NCBI RefSeq assembly: GCF_009914755.1
Contig: NC_060929.1
Reading direction: 5' to 3' (one strand)
Source of the DNA: the human T2T-CHM13v2.0 reference genome, Homo sapiens
DNA length: 64,000 nt
Shown here: piece by piece, positions 1 to 16,159 of the stretch
How the letters are laid out: the number at the start of each line of letters is the position of its first letter
Position numbering within the stretch: the stretch's first letter is position 1
The notes under the pieces: generated by a model
What the model saw: only the letters and a program-made list of their open reading frames with translations
The model's database searches: none
What the model was told of the DNA's origin: nothing
Translations under genes and position numbers: made by a program

Positions 1-1319
1 CTCTTCGCCTGCTGACTTCTTATGACAGGGTTCGTTGTTTGTTCTGGCCACTTTCTTATCACCAAAGCTGACTTTTTACTAAGTCCCATTAGATTTAGAA
101 TTATTTAGATACAAGAGAGCTAAGGTTTTATATATTTATTTAAAGAACTTTTATTAACAGACAACAGCCAGACATGCTTTCCAAATTATTATCTTTTCTA
201 TCCTTCCTAATATTGGAAACCTGGATCGAGTTTTAACTAGGCAAGAATTTGCAATGTATGTACATCTGTTGTCATCACTGTTAAAGAGTCCCAAGTATAA
301 TAGATTTGAGGGGAAAAAATTATGTATTTACTGGTAAGACTGTAAAGAAAATGATTTGAGTACTTTATTAGAAAATTCTCAGTGGGAGTAGTTATGTTAT
401 GGGGCATTTTTGTTAATTTTCATAAAACTAAGTATTAATAACAAAGGACTTTTTTTTCCTTCTGAGCATATTTTTTCTTGAATATTTGGGTCAGTATATT
501 TTAACCATATTTATCTCTAACTTTATAATTTTGATGCTAAAGCCAGAATTCCCTAAATATCACTTTGCCTTACAGCAAATGTTGCTGAAATGGCCAAGGG
601 AGGAGATACAGAGACAGAGAGGGAGGGAGGTAAGATAAGTAATGTAAAATAACATTTACACCCTATTTCTAGAAAATAATCTTAAACAGTTTTAATGTGG
701 TGGTAATGCTTTGTATTTTTTTTTAAATACAGCATTATTCTTCATTAATGAACAATTTACATGTCTGTTTCCAAACACAAGTGAATTGATCTTAAGAGGC
801 AAAAAACTGAATGAATATTTTCAGCACTTTCTCCTTGGGGAACATCTCCTGTTTACATCTTAGTTGCTTCCCAGGACATGCCTTAGGTATCCCTCTGGCA
901 CATGTCTAAACATAGATCCAGCCAGAAGTAGAGGTGGGCCTGTGTTTAATCTCCTGCTACAGTTCAAGTCAGAACTACACCTTGCTTTTACTCTAAATAT
1001 TTGCATTATTGTCCTTGGATGTTTTCCCATTATGCACAACAAATCTCTCCTCTTTAAAAGAACTGGTTGATGACAGTAAGAGAAATCATACTCTGGAGCG
1101 CACTTAGAGGGAAGAAAAACCACATGTTTAGTGAGGTAAAACAAATACCTGTTTTTCTACCTTTTAATACAACAAACAAAAACACCCACTAATGTATTTA
1201 CAACTCTCGTTTTACAGGCCAACATGTTTTCATAGAAAAGTATTTGAGTATATTGTGGATGAGATAGGGGAAATTGATTGCTGCTTCTGGACCAGCCACT
1301 CTCTAGGCCTGCAAGTTGA

Positions 1320-2400
1320 CACAGTGAACATGATACACAGAATCTTTGCTCTCAGAGTTTAAATCCTAGTAGGGAGAGGCAGACAATAAAAATGTAGGCA
1401 AATGAAGAGGATTTAAGGAACAAGGAGGTGTGATAGTTAGCAAAGAACTTACATGAAGCATCTTTTTTTTTCTTTTCTTTTCTTTTCTTTTCTGAGACAG
1501 GGCCTTGCTGTGTCGCCCAGGCTGGAGTACAGTGGCATGATTATAGCTCACTGCAGCTCTGTAGCCTTGAACTCCTGGGCTCGGGCAGTCCTCCCACCTC
1601 AGCCCCCTGAGCAAATAGGACTACATGCCCAGCTATTTTTTTTTTTTTTTGAGTTTTTTTTGTAGAGACAGGGTCTTGCTATGTTGCCCAGGCTGGTCTC
1701 AAAGTCCTGGGCTCAAGTGATCCTCCCACCTTATCCTCCTAAAGTGCTGGGATTACAGGTGTGAGCCACTGCGCCCGGCCCCATTTGCAAATTTCATTTC
1801 TTGAAACTCTGGCTGATATGTGAAAAGAGATAGAAAGGGGTTTGGACTAGGCTGCTGTCCGTGGAGATGGAGGGAAATGGATAGAATTCAGAGAAATGCA
1901 GGAGGAAGGTGGAATGGAAAGAACTTAATAATGGACTGGGTGAGGGAGAGAATGGTATGGTGGATGATCCCCAGGTCTCTGATTTGATTGAGCAAAAGGT
2001 TGGAAGGGATGCTATTAATTGAGATCATAAAGAGTGAAAGAGGAGCACTTAGTAGGGAGGCAGGAGAGAATCAAAGATCAGTTTTGCATATGGTAAATTT
2101 GAGATGCCTGCAAAATAGTCAAGGAAAGAAAAATCTTGAATGCACTTACAAAATGAGTCCAGAAAAGAGGTCAGGGCTGAGTTATGGCTATGGGAGTCAT
2201 TGGCACATGGGTGGTATCTGAAGCTGTGGCAGTGGATGAGATCACACAGGGGTGAGGATAGACTGAAGGAGAAAAACTTGATCCAGGACTAGCTCTGAGA
2301 TACACCAGACTTTTAAGGGATCTGGTAGAGCATGTGGAACTGACAAATGAGCCTGCACAGGAATGGCTAACAGCAGTTAATTTGCAAGAAAAAGAAACAA
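1320..2400 (-). mobile_element. Degraded L2 LINE fragments interrupted by an Alu
   Basis: Purine-rich sequence resembling antisense L2 3' region; boundaries approximate. Confidence 0.5.
1463..1780 (-). mobile_element. Alu (J-like)
   Basis: T-rich tail then GAGACAGGG...; ends GCGCCCGGCC; dimeric. Confidence 0.95.
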
Positions 2401-3659
2401 ACTTCATGAGCACAGACCACACATCCCTGGCCAGCGACTCTCAGCCACAAGCCCCAGTTGGCTTCAAAAAAACTTTCTCTAATGCTGGAAAATAAATCTA
2501 CTCATGCATGTCTTCTTGGTGGAGGGGGAGAAAGAGCTTCAGATGGTGGAGGGGAACAAGGAGCTTCAACCTCATTTAAAAAGACGACTTCACTGGAATA
2601 ACCCAAAGAATAAAAGGAAAGTGTGACACAGCTGCTGTGTTTCTGGAGCGGGGTTTGAAGTTCCTCTAGGATAAATATGAAAGCCTCAGAGATCAACTTC
2701 TCTATCTTGATTCATACTTGATTACCAGTAAATGGGGAATGATCTTGCTTAGTTGGCAGTAGATTTGCCTGTTACACACTCTCTTGCAGGAAGTTGAAGT
2801 GCTGTATCATAGAGTTTTTGTTTTCCATGTTTGAAGTTAAATGGGATATTGAGATTTAATCAGAAAAGTAGCTGAGAAGAGGTGTAAACATGAAAGTCCA
2901 GTCTTGGATAAAGGAGAAATCTTATGAATACCTCTCCCTCTGGTTTCAATATTTCACAACATAAAGTATGTCCAACTGATAGACTTGTAGTAAATCCCAG
3001 GTAAGATATTTGTAGACTGTGCCATGTTCTAAAACATTAAAAAAAAACACAATAACATTTCAACTTTATATGTAATATATTACTGAAATCCTGGTTATCT
3101 GCTGAGTAGCTGAAAATGGTTGGGTATCCCTATATAAATCAAGTTTATTGATTTTTTTTGAGGTCTATATCAGGAGTTCTAAGATGAAATATGGTCCCTG
3201 GTTTTAATGTGATACTGTTAGCTACATGGATGCCATTTCTTTTGACATAAATTCTTTAGTGTGAATTAATCTTTATACTCTTTTGCAAATCATTGAAGAA
3301 TAGGAATAGAAACAGATTTCTGCTTAAATGATAAAAACATAAAACATTAAATGATGGAAACTTCTCCATAAAGTTGGCTGTTTCTCACACATTTTCACTT
3401 TCCTTCTCTTTTTCAAAATATATTTTAGTTCTTCTGCAGTTTCAGTTCATGTTTCAGAAGTTTAAATTTCGACATTTGTGAGGGGACCCTTTCTTATTCA
3501 ATCAAGACATTCTTTGAGTGGATGTATGGCACTGTATATTTATAAATGATGTTCAGGTCATAAGGAACCATTTTGCAGCTGCCTCTACTATATACCACGA
3601 ACTACTTTGGTCCAAATTTCAAATCTAATTTGGTTCTTCTTTTCCTCAATTTTATTTAA

Positions 3660-3970
<311 letters not shown>

Positions 3971-4314
3971 TTTCCCCAATTTTAAATCCAACATGGCAGT
4001 TCTGGATTAAGGGAGTCACTCTTCCTATATGTCTTCCCAGTCTGGATTTTGAAGCAGCTGCCTTTTTGCTTCCTAATGATGCTAGCCTATCCAAACTAGA
4101 AATAATCTTATATAATCATTGATGCCTTGACTCATTTGTATGTATCTGTATTTTTAAACTTTTTATCTTTCATTACCAAATGACTGCTTTCTGATACCCA
4201 GGCCTAGGCTTAAACACTGGCATATATGGAGAGAACAGTTGCCACTCGACTCAGAGATTGAGTAGACACCCAAAGAACTGCAGTTCTTAAGCCTTAGGAG
4301 AAGCGAGAGAAATG

Positions 4315-4615
<301 letters not shown>

Positions 4616-5228
4616 GATTGCTACATGCATGGAGTGGGGAAAATTGTGGTAGAAGAAAAGTAAACTTGGTTTGGAGAATAAACATTTATTGAGCATTTTC
4701 ACTTGACCAGCTCTAAGGTGGGAAGATTACATATAGTGTCTGTTTAATATTTAATATGTATAGCCATTATTATGTATATTGTAAACATCTGTCAGAAGTT
4801 ATAATTCCAAAAGTAAACTCTAAGCAACAGCTTTTTCAAAGTATATTTTTCATGTAGCACATTTCATTAGCTCATGAAAAGGTTATTTCCCCAAAATGTG
4901 TAAAAATGTAAAGTGAACAATGGCCATTCATCAGAAATAGCAAGTGACAATGAGCTCTCCAAGGAGCACTTCTTTTCAACACTCGACTTCTGGAGGCTGA
5001 AATTCAAGGTACTTAGGACAGCCAAATTGGTAGGCACTGGCCAATGTCTTGGGAAATTTGACTTTTTGCAACCGGATTATAAAACAAGGCTTTCCTTTTG
5101 ATTTGCTTAATCTGCCATTTTACTCAATATTATGGCTTTGCCATTTGTTCTTCTTCCATTTAAATGAATTTCTTTTAAATCGCTTGTGGTTGCTGTTGCC
5201 CAGATGACAGGTATAGAGTTGATTTTGT

Positions 5229-5489
5229 ATTTTTTTTTTTGTTTTGAGACAGAGTCTCGCTGTGTCACCCAGGCTGGAGTGCAGTGGAGCAATCTCAGCT
5301 CACTGCAGCCTCCGCCTCCTGGGTTCAAGCGATTCTTCTGCCTCAGCCTCCTGAGTAGCTGGGATTATAGGTGCCCACCACCACGCCCATGTAGGCCGGG
5401 CTGGTCTCAAACTCCTGATCTCAAGTGGTCTGCCCACCTCAGTCTCCCAAAGTGTTGGGATTACAGGTGTGAGCCACTCCACCCAGCCA
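5229..5489 (-). mobile_element. Alu (S-like) lacking the middle A-rich linker
   Basis: CCACCACGCCC joins directly to ATGTAGGCCGGGCTGG at ~5388. Confidence 0.9.
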
Positions 5490-5609
5490 AAAATTCTTTT
5501 CTGAACAGAGACTAATGTCGGTAGATGTAAGACAAACCACAAATGGTGGGAAAATGAGGAAAAAAAGTGCTCCCAAATACCTGTTTTTAGTTCGCTTCAC
5601 TTGCTGATA

Positions 5610-5652
5610 TTTACTAATTGTTAATTCTTTTCCTCTCTTTTTTTTTTTTTAG
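5610..5652 (+). promoter_or_regulatory. 3' splice acceptor: branch point, polypyrimidine tract, AG
   Basis: TACTAAT branch-like motif (~5612-5618), then TTCTTTTCCTCTC(T)n and AG at 5651-5652. Confidence 0.9.
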
Positions 5653-6218
5653 TGGCCACAGATGTCTTTAATTCCAAAAACCTGGCCGTTCAGGCACAAA
5701 AGAAGATCTTGGGTAAAATGGTGTCCAAATCCATCGCCACCACCTTAATAGACGACACAAGTAGTGAGGTGCTGGATGAGCTCTACAGAGTGACCAGGGA
5801 GTACACCCAAAACAAGAAGGAGGCAGAGAAGATCATCAAGAACCTCATCAAGACAGTCATCAAGCTGGCCATTCTTTATAGGAATAATCAGTTTAATCAA
5901 GATGAGCTAGCATTGATGGAGAAATTTAAGAAGAAAGTTCATCAGCTTGCTATGACCGTGGTCAGTTTCCATCAGGTGGATTATACCTTTGACCGGAATG
6001 TGTTATCCAGGCTGTTAAATGAATGCAGAGAGATGCTGCACCAAATCATTCAGCGCCACCTCACTGCCAAGTCACATGGACGGGTTAATAATGTGTTTGA
6101 TCATTTTTCAGATTGTGAATTTTTGGCTGCCTTGTATAATCCTTTTGGGAATTTTAAACCCCACTTACAAAAACTATGTGATGGTATCAACAAAATGTTG
6201 GATGAAGAGAACATATGA
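5653..6218 (+). CDS. TNFAIP8: TNFAIP8 (TIPE family) terminal coding exon; first codon is split by the upstream intron
   Basis: Translation [26 protein letters not shown]...[16 protein letters not shown] matches TNFAIP8. Preceded by a polypyrimidine tract and AG (5651-5652). TGA at 6216-6218. The GTG start in the ORF track is the acceptor G plus exon TG. Confidence 0.97.
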
Positions 6219-7828
<1,610 letters not shown>

Positions 7829-8859
7829 TAAAAATTCCAGAAGTTGAGATCTGCTCTAACCCATTTCAGCCTAGAGAGGGTGGTCAGTTTCTCTGACACC
7901 CTCATTTGCTTGGCTAAGACAAGCAGCAAAGGTGTAGAGTTTCTTCCTGTTTGATATTAAATCCTGACACTAAGATTTGAACTGAAAGTATCATTCTCAC
8001 TTCCTAGAGCCAGTAGGTGATCAGTATATGCTGTAACAATAACACAGTGACTACAGAAATGACCCTTCTAGCTTCATAACTTGCTAAGTGGCTTATAAAT
8101 GGAATTCAGCAGCCTTCCTTGACCAGCTGTTTTCCTCACATGTGAAGGCTGAGAATGTGATGGGGGGTGTGAGCTACTGACTGGATGTGTTCTGTTCTCC
8201 AGATCTCAAACAGCAGAGGTATGGGAAACGAAAGCCCTGGGCAGTCCATGGATGCTTCTTGCTCATCTGTAGCTATAGACAGGACCAACCAGAGAGAGAA
8301 AACGTACGGAGGGAGAAATCTGGATCTCTCTGGACACACTGGATCATAGGGTTGTGCCAGCAGGCTAGCAATCAAATGTGCATGGGATTGGGGGAGCAAT
8401 GCTTCATCTCCCACAGAGGGAAGGCAGTGAGGAGTAGACCGAAGGAGGGAATCCTGTTTGCTACCATTTCTCAGCATTTTCTGGAGGGGACCCATCTCCT
8501 TACCAGTGCTGTGCCTGAAAAGCATGTCTTGGATCAGGTCCAAAGTCGTGATTAGCAAGTTCATTTCTAATACAATAGGACTCCCCTTGAGCATTTAGGG
8601 TGGCAAGGAGCGTGGGAGCTGGGAAGAATCCCCACGTGCTTAGGGTAGATAAATCTGAGCCGAGTTAATACTAATTTGGGGATCCTATGAACCTTTTTAT
8701 AAAATAGTATCTGTTCACGTTTTGAAAAAAATTGTGTTGTAATTGATTTTATTTTGTGCTGGTGGCTTCTCTGCAAAAATTATGAGTGGATATGATAAGT
8801 GGATGATAATACTAATGGACAACTAACGCAGAGTAGTTTGTATTATGTGTCGGGCACAT

Positions 8860-8990
8860 TAACTCATTTAATTCTGCCACAATCTTCACCATCTTATAGA
8901 TAAGGAAACTAGGGGAATAGAAGTTAAGGAATTTCCTGAGGTCACATGTGCTCGAGGTGTCCCAGCCGGAATATGTATAAAATCTTATTT
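8860..8990 (-). mobile_element. MIR fragment
   Basis: Core-like TAGATAAGGAAACTAGGG...GTTAAG...GAGGTCACA. Confidence 0.6.
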
Positions 8991-9534
8991 TCACTTAAAG
9001 ATGATATGGCTAAAGGCAGTGCTAGGAACATCTTTGGCTCAGAGAAGCGTGGGCAGTATGCTGCTGAAATGGTTCCTCATATAGTGACATTTTAGGCAGT
9101 ACCTAAGTCAGCACAGGTCTGGCCTGTTCTCTAAAGATCTGTGTAGATGTTGTACAAAGACATTTTTCAAAGTTTTCAACATGACTCCTACTTTGGGGGC
9201 ATCTTGTGGCTCAGTTTTCTGTCTCGTGGAACTTCACTTCTAGGTGCTCACAATGACTTTTAACGTTGACTTCTGAGGTGCAGTGAGCTGCTCCCCCACA
9301 GCTGTCCCTAGCAGTGGTGGGTTCAGAGCATGACAAGGCACTCAATGTGCATTCACCAAGAGAAGCAAGGAAGCAGCAGTTCAGTACTGTGCTCCCTAGA
9401 GTAGGCACGGCATCAGTTTCAAACTTCAACATTATTTTCCAGATTTGGAGGCTCAAAATATTTGAGCAAGTTAAGTTAAGAAATAGCCTTTTTCTGATTA
9501 TTAGGCCTTTCATATACAACTCAAAATTAGTTTA

Positions 9535-9902
<368 letters not shown>

Positions 9903-9963
9903 TTATATAATAGTATGCCATTCACAATTATCTGGAAAGTTCTTTTTCTCCCACCATGTGAAT

Positions 9964-9989
9964 ACACACACACACACACACACACACAC
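9964..9989. repeat. (AC)n microsatellite, ~13 units
   Basis: Read directly. Confidence 0.95.
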
Positions 9990-11235
9990 AATTTTTAAGC
10001 CCCCAAAGGCTTAAAATAGTACTTTTTGTGGTCTGTACCGGTCAGTTGGATTTTTACTAAGAATTTTAATTTATCCTTGAGATACTTGATGAGTGTATAT
10101 AAGCAGTTGCAATTTAGCATACAAAACCTGACAAATGGTAAATAAAAGAATATGTTTATCCAAATGATGAAATATTTGTAGTAAAAAGTGCTATTCAATT
10201 GCCAGGAAATTAAAATACTCCAGTAAAATGAATTAAATTAGCATGTTAATAAGAGTGATAATATTTAAAAGTTTTAGTCAATCTTGCATTTCCATACTTG
10301 CATTATCTAAACTAGTTGAACTTTTCAGTGTTTTACTTGATATATTGCATTCTTGAGCATTAGGCTTCTAGGTGATTTGTTAAACTCATAGCAGGTTTTA
10401 GTACACAGTGCTGTTTATGACAGAAAAAATTTTATCCTACCTCTGAAATAATTGTACTTTCTGTGATTCAGATAAAAACTTTATAGAAACTCCCTAATGA
10501 AAATATTGAAGCATTAACCAGAAAATGAGTCAGCTTTTTGTTTCCAAAATGATGCAACAGGAAAACCTTTAACTACTTATAATCCCGTATAGTCACCATC
10601 ACCACGAAGTATTGAAAATCTGTTTTCTCTTTTACTAAGTGTCTGCACGGTCACTTATGTATACCCAAAGCCAGAAAGATATTTTTATCTCAGGGAAATT
10701 CCAGAAATGGAAACATTTTTGTGTAATATTGATTCATTTCTGTCTCACCAAAGATGTGTTTTCCACGTAGCAAAGAACATCAGCCCCACGTTATAGGGAA
10801 CAAGCGAGTCCCAAATCGTACCATCTGCTGAGCACTGAGAAAGGATATGGACAAGTCAGTCAGCATTCACAATTAAGAGAAAAACATCTGTGCTTTGGAA
10901 AATGTTCTTCAAGGATAGAGAATTGTGCCCTATGTCCACCAAATTTGCATGAGATCTTTATAAGATTAGACAGCCAGTGGATAAGGCCCCTTATCTTTCT
11001 TCATGGATGGCTGAGGAAATTCTCCGCCTTCCCTGACATCAGCTGCATAACTGTATTTCTGCCTCGTGGAAATAAAGTAGATGATCAGGCACTTGCGGTT
11101 TGTTCTTAATACAAGAAAGACAATTTGATTTTTAAAAGTTTTGATTTGTAGAATAATGTAAGACAATATGTTTCTTTCTACTTTGGTTTTTCCATTCAAA
11201 AGCTTACAGATGAATTCATTCGTTTAAAACTGCCA

Positions 11236-11560
<325 letters not shown>

Positions 11561-12500
11561 TTTTAAAAACCAACCTGATGTGAAGTTGAAACACAAGACG
11601 CGGAAATAAAAACTCAGAGTATAAATATCTATATTGTTACCATTATCTGGGATAATTGATGATTTATAAGAAGCTGAGGTTTCGTCTTCCTAGAAATGGA
11701 CTTTTATTAGGCCAGCAAGAATGACCACTTAGCCATTTAAATGATTTGTCAGCATCTTTTGCTGCTCTCTTCTAAGACCATTGGTTTTCACTAAAGGATA
11801 AATACCTGCTAAGCAAATTATAAAATACTATAAGACATTTAATCTCCTGGAAGAGGACTTGCTGATAATTGGATCAAAGTTCCAGCATTATTGCTCTTTT
11901 CGAATCATATGGACTTAGTGTTCTCATGACCGAGGAGTCACATTTTTAGCTTGCTAAAATATTCACTGGAGAACATGGTGAAATCCACGAGTGGAAACGT
12001 TCCATGGTATTTTCAAACGCCACGTGTCAGGAATTTGGCATGCCTTCCTCTGGGAGAGGCACTGGAGTGTGGCCAGATGGAACCCAGCAGGGTACAGAGG
12101 GCATTTGTGGGAGCAGTTAGGAAACCAGGACGTCCAGCTTCTGCCTGCCAGGGAGCTCGCTCATGTTGTCTCTGAAATTTGCATAAGAGCAATTACCTCA
12201 TATTCTAATTTTAAAGATACAATTTTTAAAGACATGGAAGGCTCTGAGACCTCCTGAAGGCTATTCCTATGTGAGGTATTGTTTACGGGTGGCCTTTCAC
12301 TATTTCCAAATCAGCGATGAAAAGAAGACTGAGTCTAAAATAAATGAAGCAACAGACTTCAGCAGCCTGAGAGAATTTTGTTCAATTCCAGTCTCCTTAA
12401 AAAAAAATCGGTTTTTGCTTTCAATTTAGGAAAATTGTTTTGGGTTGCATTGTTGAAAGTAATGATTTCTAGCAGCTACTTATGTATAATCTCTTAACCA

Positions 12501-12506
12501 ATTAAA
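12501..12506 (+). terminator. Candidate distal poly(A) signal (ATTAAA) for a long 3' UTR isoform
   Basis: ATTAAA with upstream TGTA (12483) and T-rich sequence downstream. Usage is inferred, not shown by the sequence. Confidence 0.4.
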
Positions 12507-12540
12507 TTCTGAATCTCTTAAATCACTTGATTATTCATGC

Positions 12541-13593
12541 TGGTTTTAGTTATCCACTGCTGTATTATAAGCCACCCCAAAATTTAGTGGTTTAAAACAA
12601 CAACCATTTTGTTCCCGCTCACAATTCTGTGCGTTGAATGTGCTCACCTGGGCAGTTCTCTGATTTGGGGTCTATCATGTGGTTGTGGTCAGATCATGGC
12701 TGGGACTGGAGTCTTACAAAGATTTGGCTGGGACACCTGGATGACTGGGCCTCTCCTCTCCCCATGGTCTCTACTTACTACTTACTAAGAGCACCCCAAA
12801 TTGCAAGAGCAGAAGTTTCCAGGCATTCTTAAGGCTGATGCCCAGAACAGGCACAATATCATTTCTGCCTCATTCTACTGGTCAAATCAAATCACAGGCT
12901 GTATTGGGGTCACCAAGACACCCTCAGGTTTGATGATTCTCTAGAAGGACTCAGAAATCTCAGAAAAGCTATTGTACTCATAGTTATGGTTTATTATAGC
13001 AAAAGGATACAGATGAAAATCAGCAAAGGAAGAAGGCACATAGGGCAGAGGCCAGGAGAGACGAAGGTGCAAGCTTCCAGCTGTCCTCGACCAGTAGAAT
13101 TTTATAGACAGCACAAAATTTTCCTAGCAATGATGTGTGACAACATGTACAAAATATTGCCAACCAGGGAAGCTCACCCCAGCCTTGGGAGTCCAGGGTT
13201 GTTAATGAGGCATGGAGCACTCACATGACTAACCTTAGTTACTCAGGCTCCAGCCCCTCCAGAAGTCAAACTGAAACAGGGAGGCCCAGAGCTCCAGGTG
13301 AATATCATAAATCACATTGTTAGCATAAACAATGTGTCATGGCTCAAGCCCTAGGCATACAAAGGCACTCTTATCAAGCACTATATTCCAAGGGCTTGGA
13401 GACTGTCTCCCAAGATCTAGTCAAGGGCCAGTCCTTTCTTTGGAATTTGCAGGGTTCGAACTTCCCAATCTTGCTGAGTTAATCCTTTACTGCACACAGG
13501 CTCAACCTGGGTTTAGTACAGGAGGAACTACACAAGGGCATGAATTCTGGGATGCATGGCTCTTTGAGGCCATCTTCGAAGACTAGATGCCAT
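12541..13593 (-). mobile_element. MLT1-type MaLR LTR split by MER21
   Basis: MLT1-like ends (CCCCAAAATTTAGTGGTTTAAAACAAC; ACTACACAAGGGCATGAAT...GGCCATCTT). Confidence 0.7.
12900..13496 (-). mobile_element. MER21-like solo LTR (ERVL)
   Basis: TG...CA termini; 5-bp TSD CAGGC at 12895-12899 and 13497-13501. Confidence 0.8.
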
Positions 13594-14195
13594 ATGATTG
13601 TTTCCCACCCTCTTGGCTCCAGCAAAAACAGAATTCTTGGGGAGTCTGGAGTTCTTCACATAATAGTTTGTTTTTAATTGGAAACAAATATATAAAATAA
13701 GGGTGGACTAACCTGAATGTAGTTAATAACTACATTCCTGTCCATGTGAACATGTGAGTCCTGACAAGTTAATCTACGTAATTCAAGAAATGATGATTAA
13801 ACAGCTACTATGTGCCTAACGCCAGGCTGTACCCTGGAACTATGCAGTAACACCTAGTTCTTTACTGACTGGTGGGGACACTTACAATGCACAGGTAACT
13901 TAATACCGAACGGGGCTTCCCACGATGCAGATGAACCTAAGAAAGGCTTTTTTAGCCCAGCATAGGCTTTCTGATGTAACAATTTTCAAACAGTGTTTTG
14001 AGCTTTAAACTGATATTTTAAAAGCAATAAGCTCAAAGTAGCGGCCGATTTCTTTTTCAAAATCAGTGGCAAGTATGTGTGCTGGGGGCGGGTGGGGGAG
14101 GTTGTATATGTGAGACAGTATAAGTAGAAGATAAAATGGGCCATTTTTCCTTTATTTTCCTTTATAAATGCATGTTCCATGCATTTCCTTTAGTT

Positions 14196-14502
14196 CCTGG
14201 GCCCAGTGGCTCACACCTGTAATCCCAGCACTTTGGGAAGTGGGCAGGTCACTTGAGCCCAGGAGTTTAAGACCAGCCTGGACAACATGGCAAAACCCTG
14301 TCTCTACTAAAAATACAAAAATTAGCGGGGCATGGTGACATGCACCTGTAGTCCCAGCTACTCTGGAGGCGGAAGTGGGAGGATAGTTTGGATGGCTTGA
14401 GCCTGGGAGGCGGAGGTTGCTGTTAGCCAAGATCTTGCCACTGTACTCCAGGCTGGGCCACAGAGCGCAACACCTGTCTGGGAAAAAAAAAAAAAAAAAA
14501 AA
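14196..14502 (+). mobile_element. Alu (J-like)
   Basis: Dimer with poly(A). Confidence 0.92.
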
Positions 14503-14610
14503 GCTTACAAGTTATTTTTTTTTTTCAAAATAATAATGGTTATAAAAAGCCCCTGGCAAAATGTAGATTATAAATTCTACTGAATGGAAGAATGTAAAAT
14601 AATATTTTAA

Positions 14611-14785
<175 letters not shown>

Positions 14786-16159
14786 CAACATTTAAGTAAC
14801 ATCTTATTTAACATTCTGATTCTTGGGACTATCTGAGTAATAGCAACATGGGAGATGCTTTTAACATTTTAAAATCGTTTATCTAGAAATTAGATTGCAG
14901 CCTGATTTATGAAGCTGCATAAACTCTGACTTCATATCCTTGTGCCCAGTGAAGCATATGTGTGTCCCTTGACCCCTCAGGCCAGGACACAGAAGTACAT
15001 GGTTGAAGAGGTTCAGTTTGTGACTAGCCATGCCATAGGCCCAGATCTCAGTGGGTACTGCTCACCATTTGGTTCTGTCTGTTGGCTTGTCCCTATGACT
15101 ACCCTGAGCTCCCTGAGTCTTGAAGAAGAAACATTAACAAAACAATCCATCCTCTTGCTGGCAAATGACTGGCAATCAAGCTCAGGAACACAGCCCTGAG
15201 GACAAAGCGCAGTGTGGGGTTGAGGCTGTGGCTTTCCCTGGGGCTCCAGACAAGACAAGGATCTTTTTCTTTTCACTCCCTTACATTCAGAGAGTTGGAG
15301 TGCAAGGTCCTTTTTTGAATGAATTACAAGACTTTCTAACACTTGCTAATTCATGAAAGAATTTTACAAAAATATGGGCTTTTGTAGTTCCAGTTTTAGT
15401 TTTAAAAATTGTAATCTCTTGACTAAACTGTGTAATTTCAACCAAGAACAATAATATAAACATGGCTGATTGCTTAAAAACCTACCCTATGTTCAGAATC
15501 AATTTGGCTTTTATTAGCAGGTCGAGAAAGATGTCTACTCTACTCTATTCTGCCTTCAAGTAGCCTTTGCCACACTCCCCTCCCCCAGACTCTAAAAGAA
15601 ACAAACCCACCAACCGGACGTTGGCTCCCCACTCCTTTCAGCTTAAGGAAAGGGAAAGCTACTGTCTTGGTAAGAGACTCTGACTTCCTGGTTACTGTTA
15701 GCAAGAATTGAGTTCGGAATTCAAGACAAACTAAGCTTTTCAGTCTTTTTCCAATGGTAATTTCAATACATCTGTTTTCCCTAATAGCTCATCTTTAATT
15801 CCTCTGTTTAGTTCTCATAAATCTTCCATTCGTATATAAAGTTTCCTATTTTAGAAAAAGAGCCTGAAGTTCTATGTTGATGTGGTTCTCGTCACATAAA
15901 TCATCGCAAGCCCAAGGAGCAAGAGATCAACCAGAGTGTCTAAGAAGCATGGTTTGGTTGCTCCTTTCCCTTATCTTTTGTGAGTATTTTCTGTAAATGT
16001 ACTTCCAAGTAGGACTTGTGTTTTCCACTGACCGTGCTTCACACTAAACTACAGGAGTTGGGGAGTTCCAGCCCTGCCCGAGGGGAGCGGCATTCATAAA
16101 CGTGTGTGGCTAATTCAAATTGGACAGGGTCAAAGATTCTTCTTTTTCCTTTAAACTTA

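Noticed and set aside
5652-5654. GTG start codon of the 188-aa ORF
   Set aside because: The G belongs to the splice acceptor AG; the true start depends on an upstream exon outside the window.
8136-8594. Overlapping 152-aa and 122-aa ORFs (also 23951-24451)
   Set aside because: No recognisable domain or exon context; lengths are compatible with chance.
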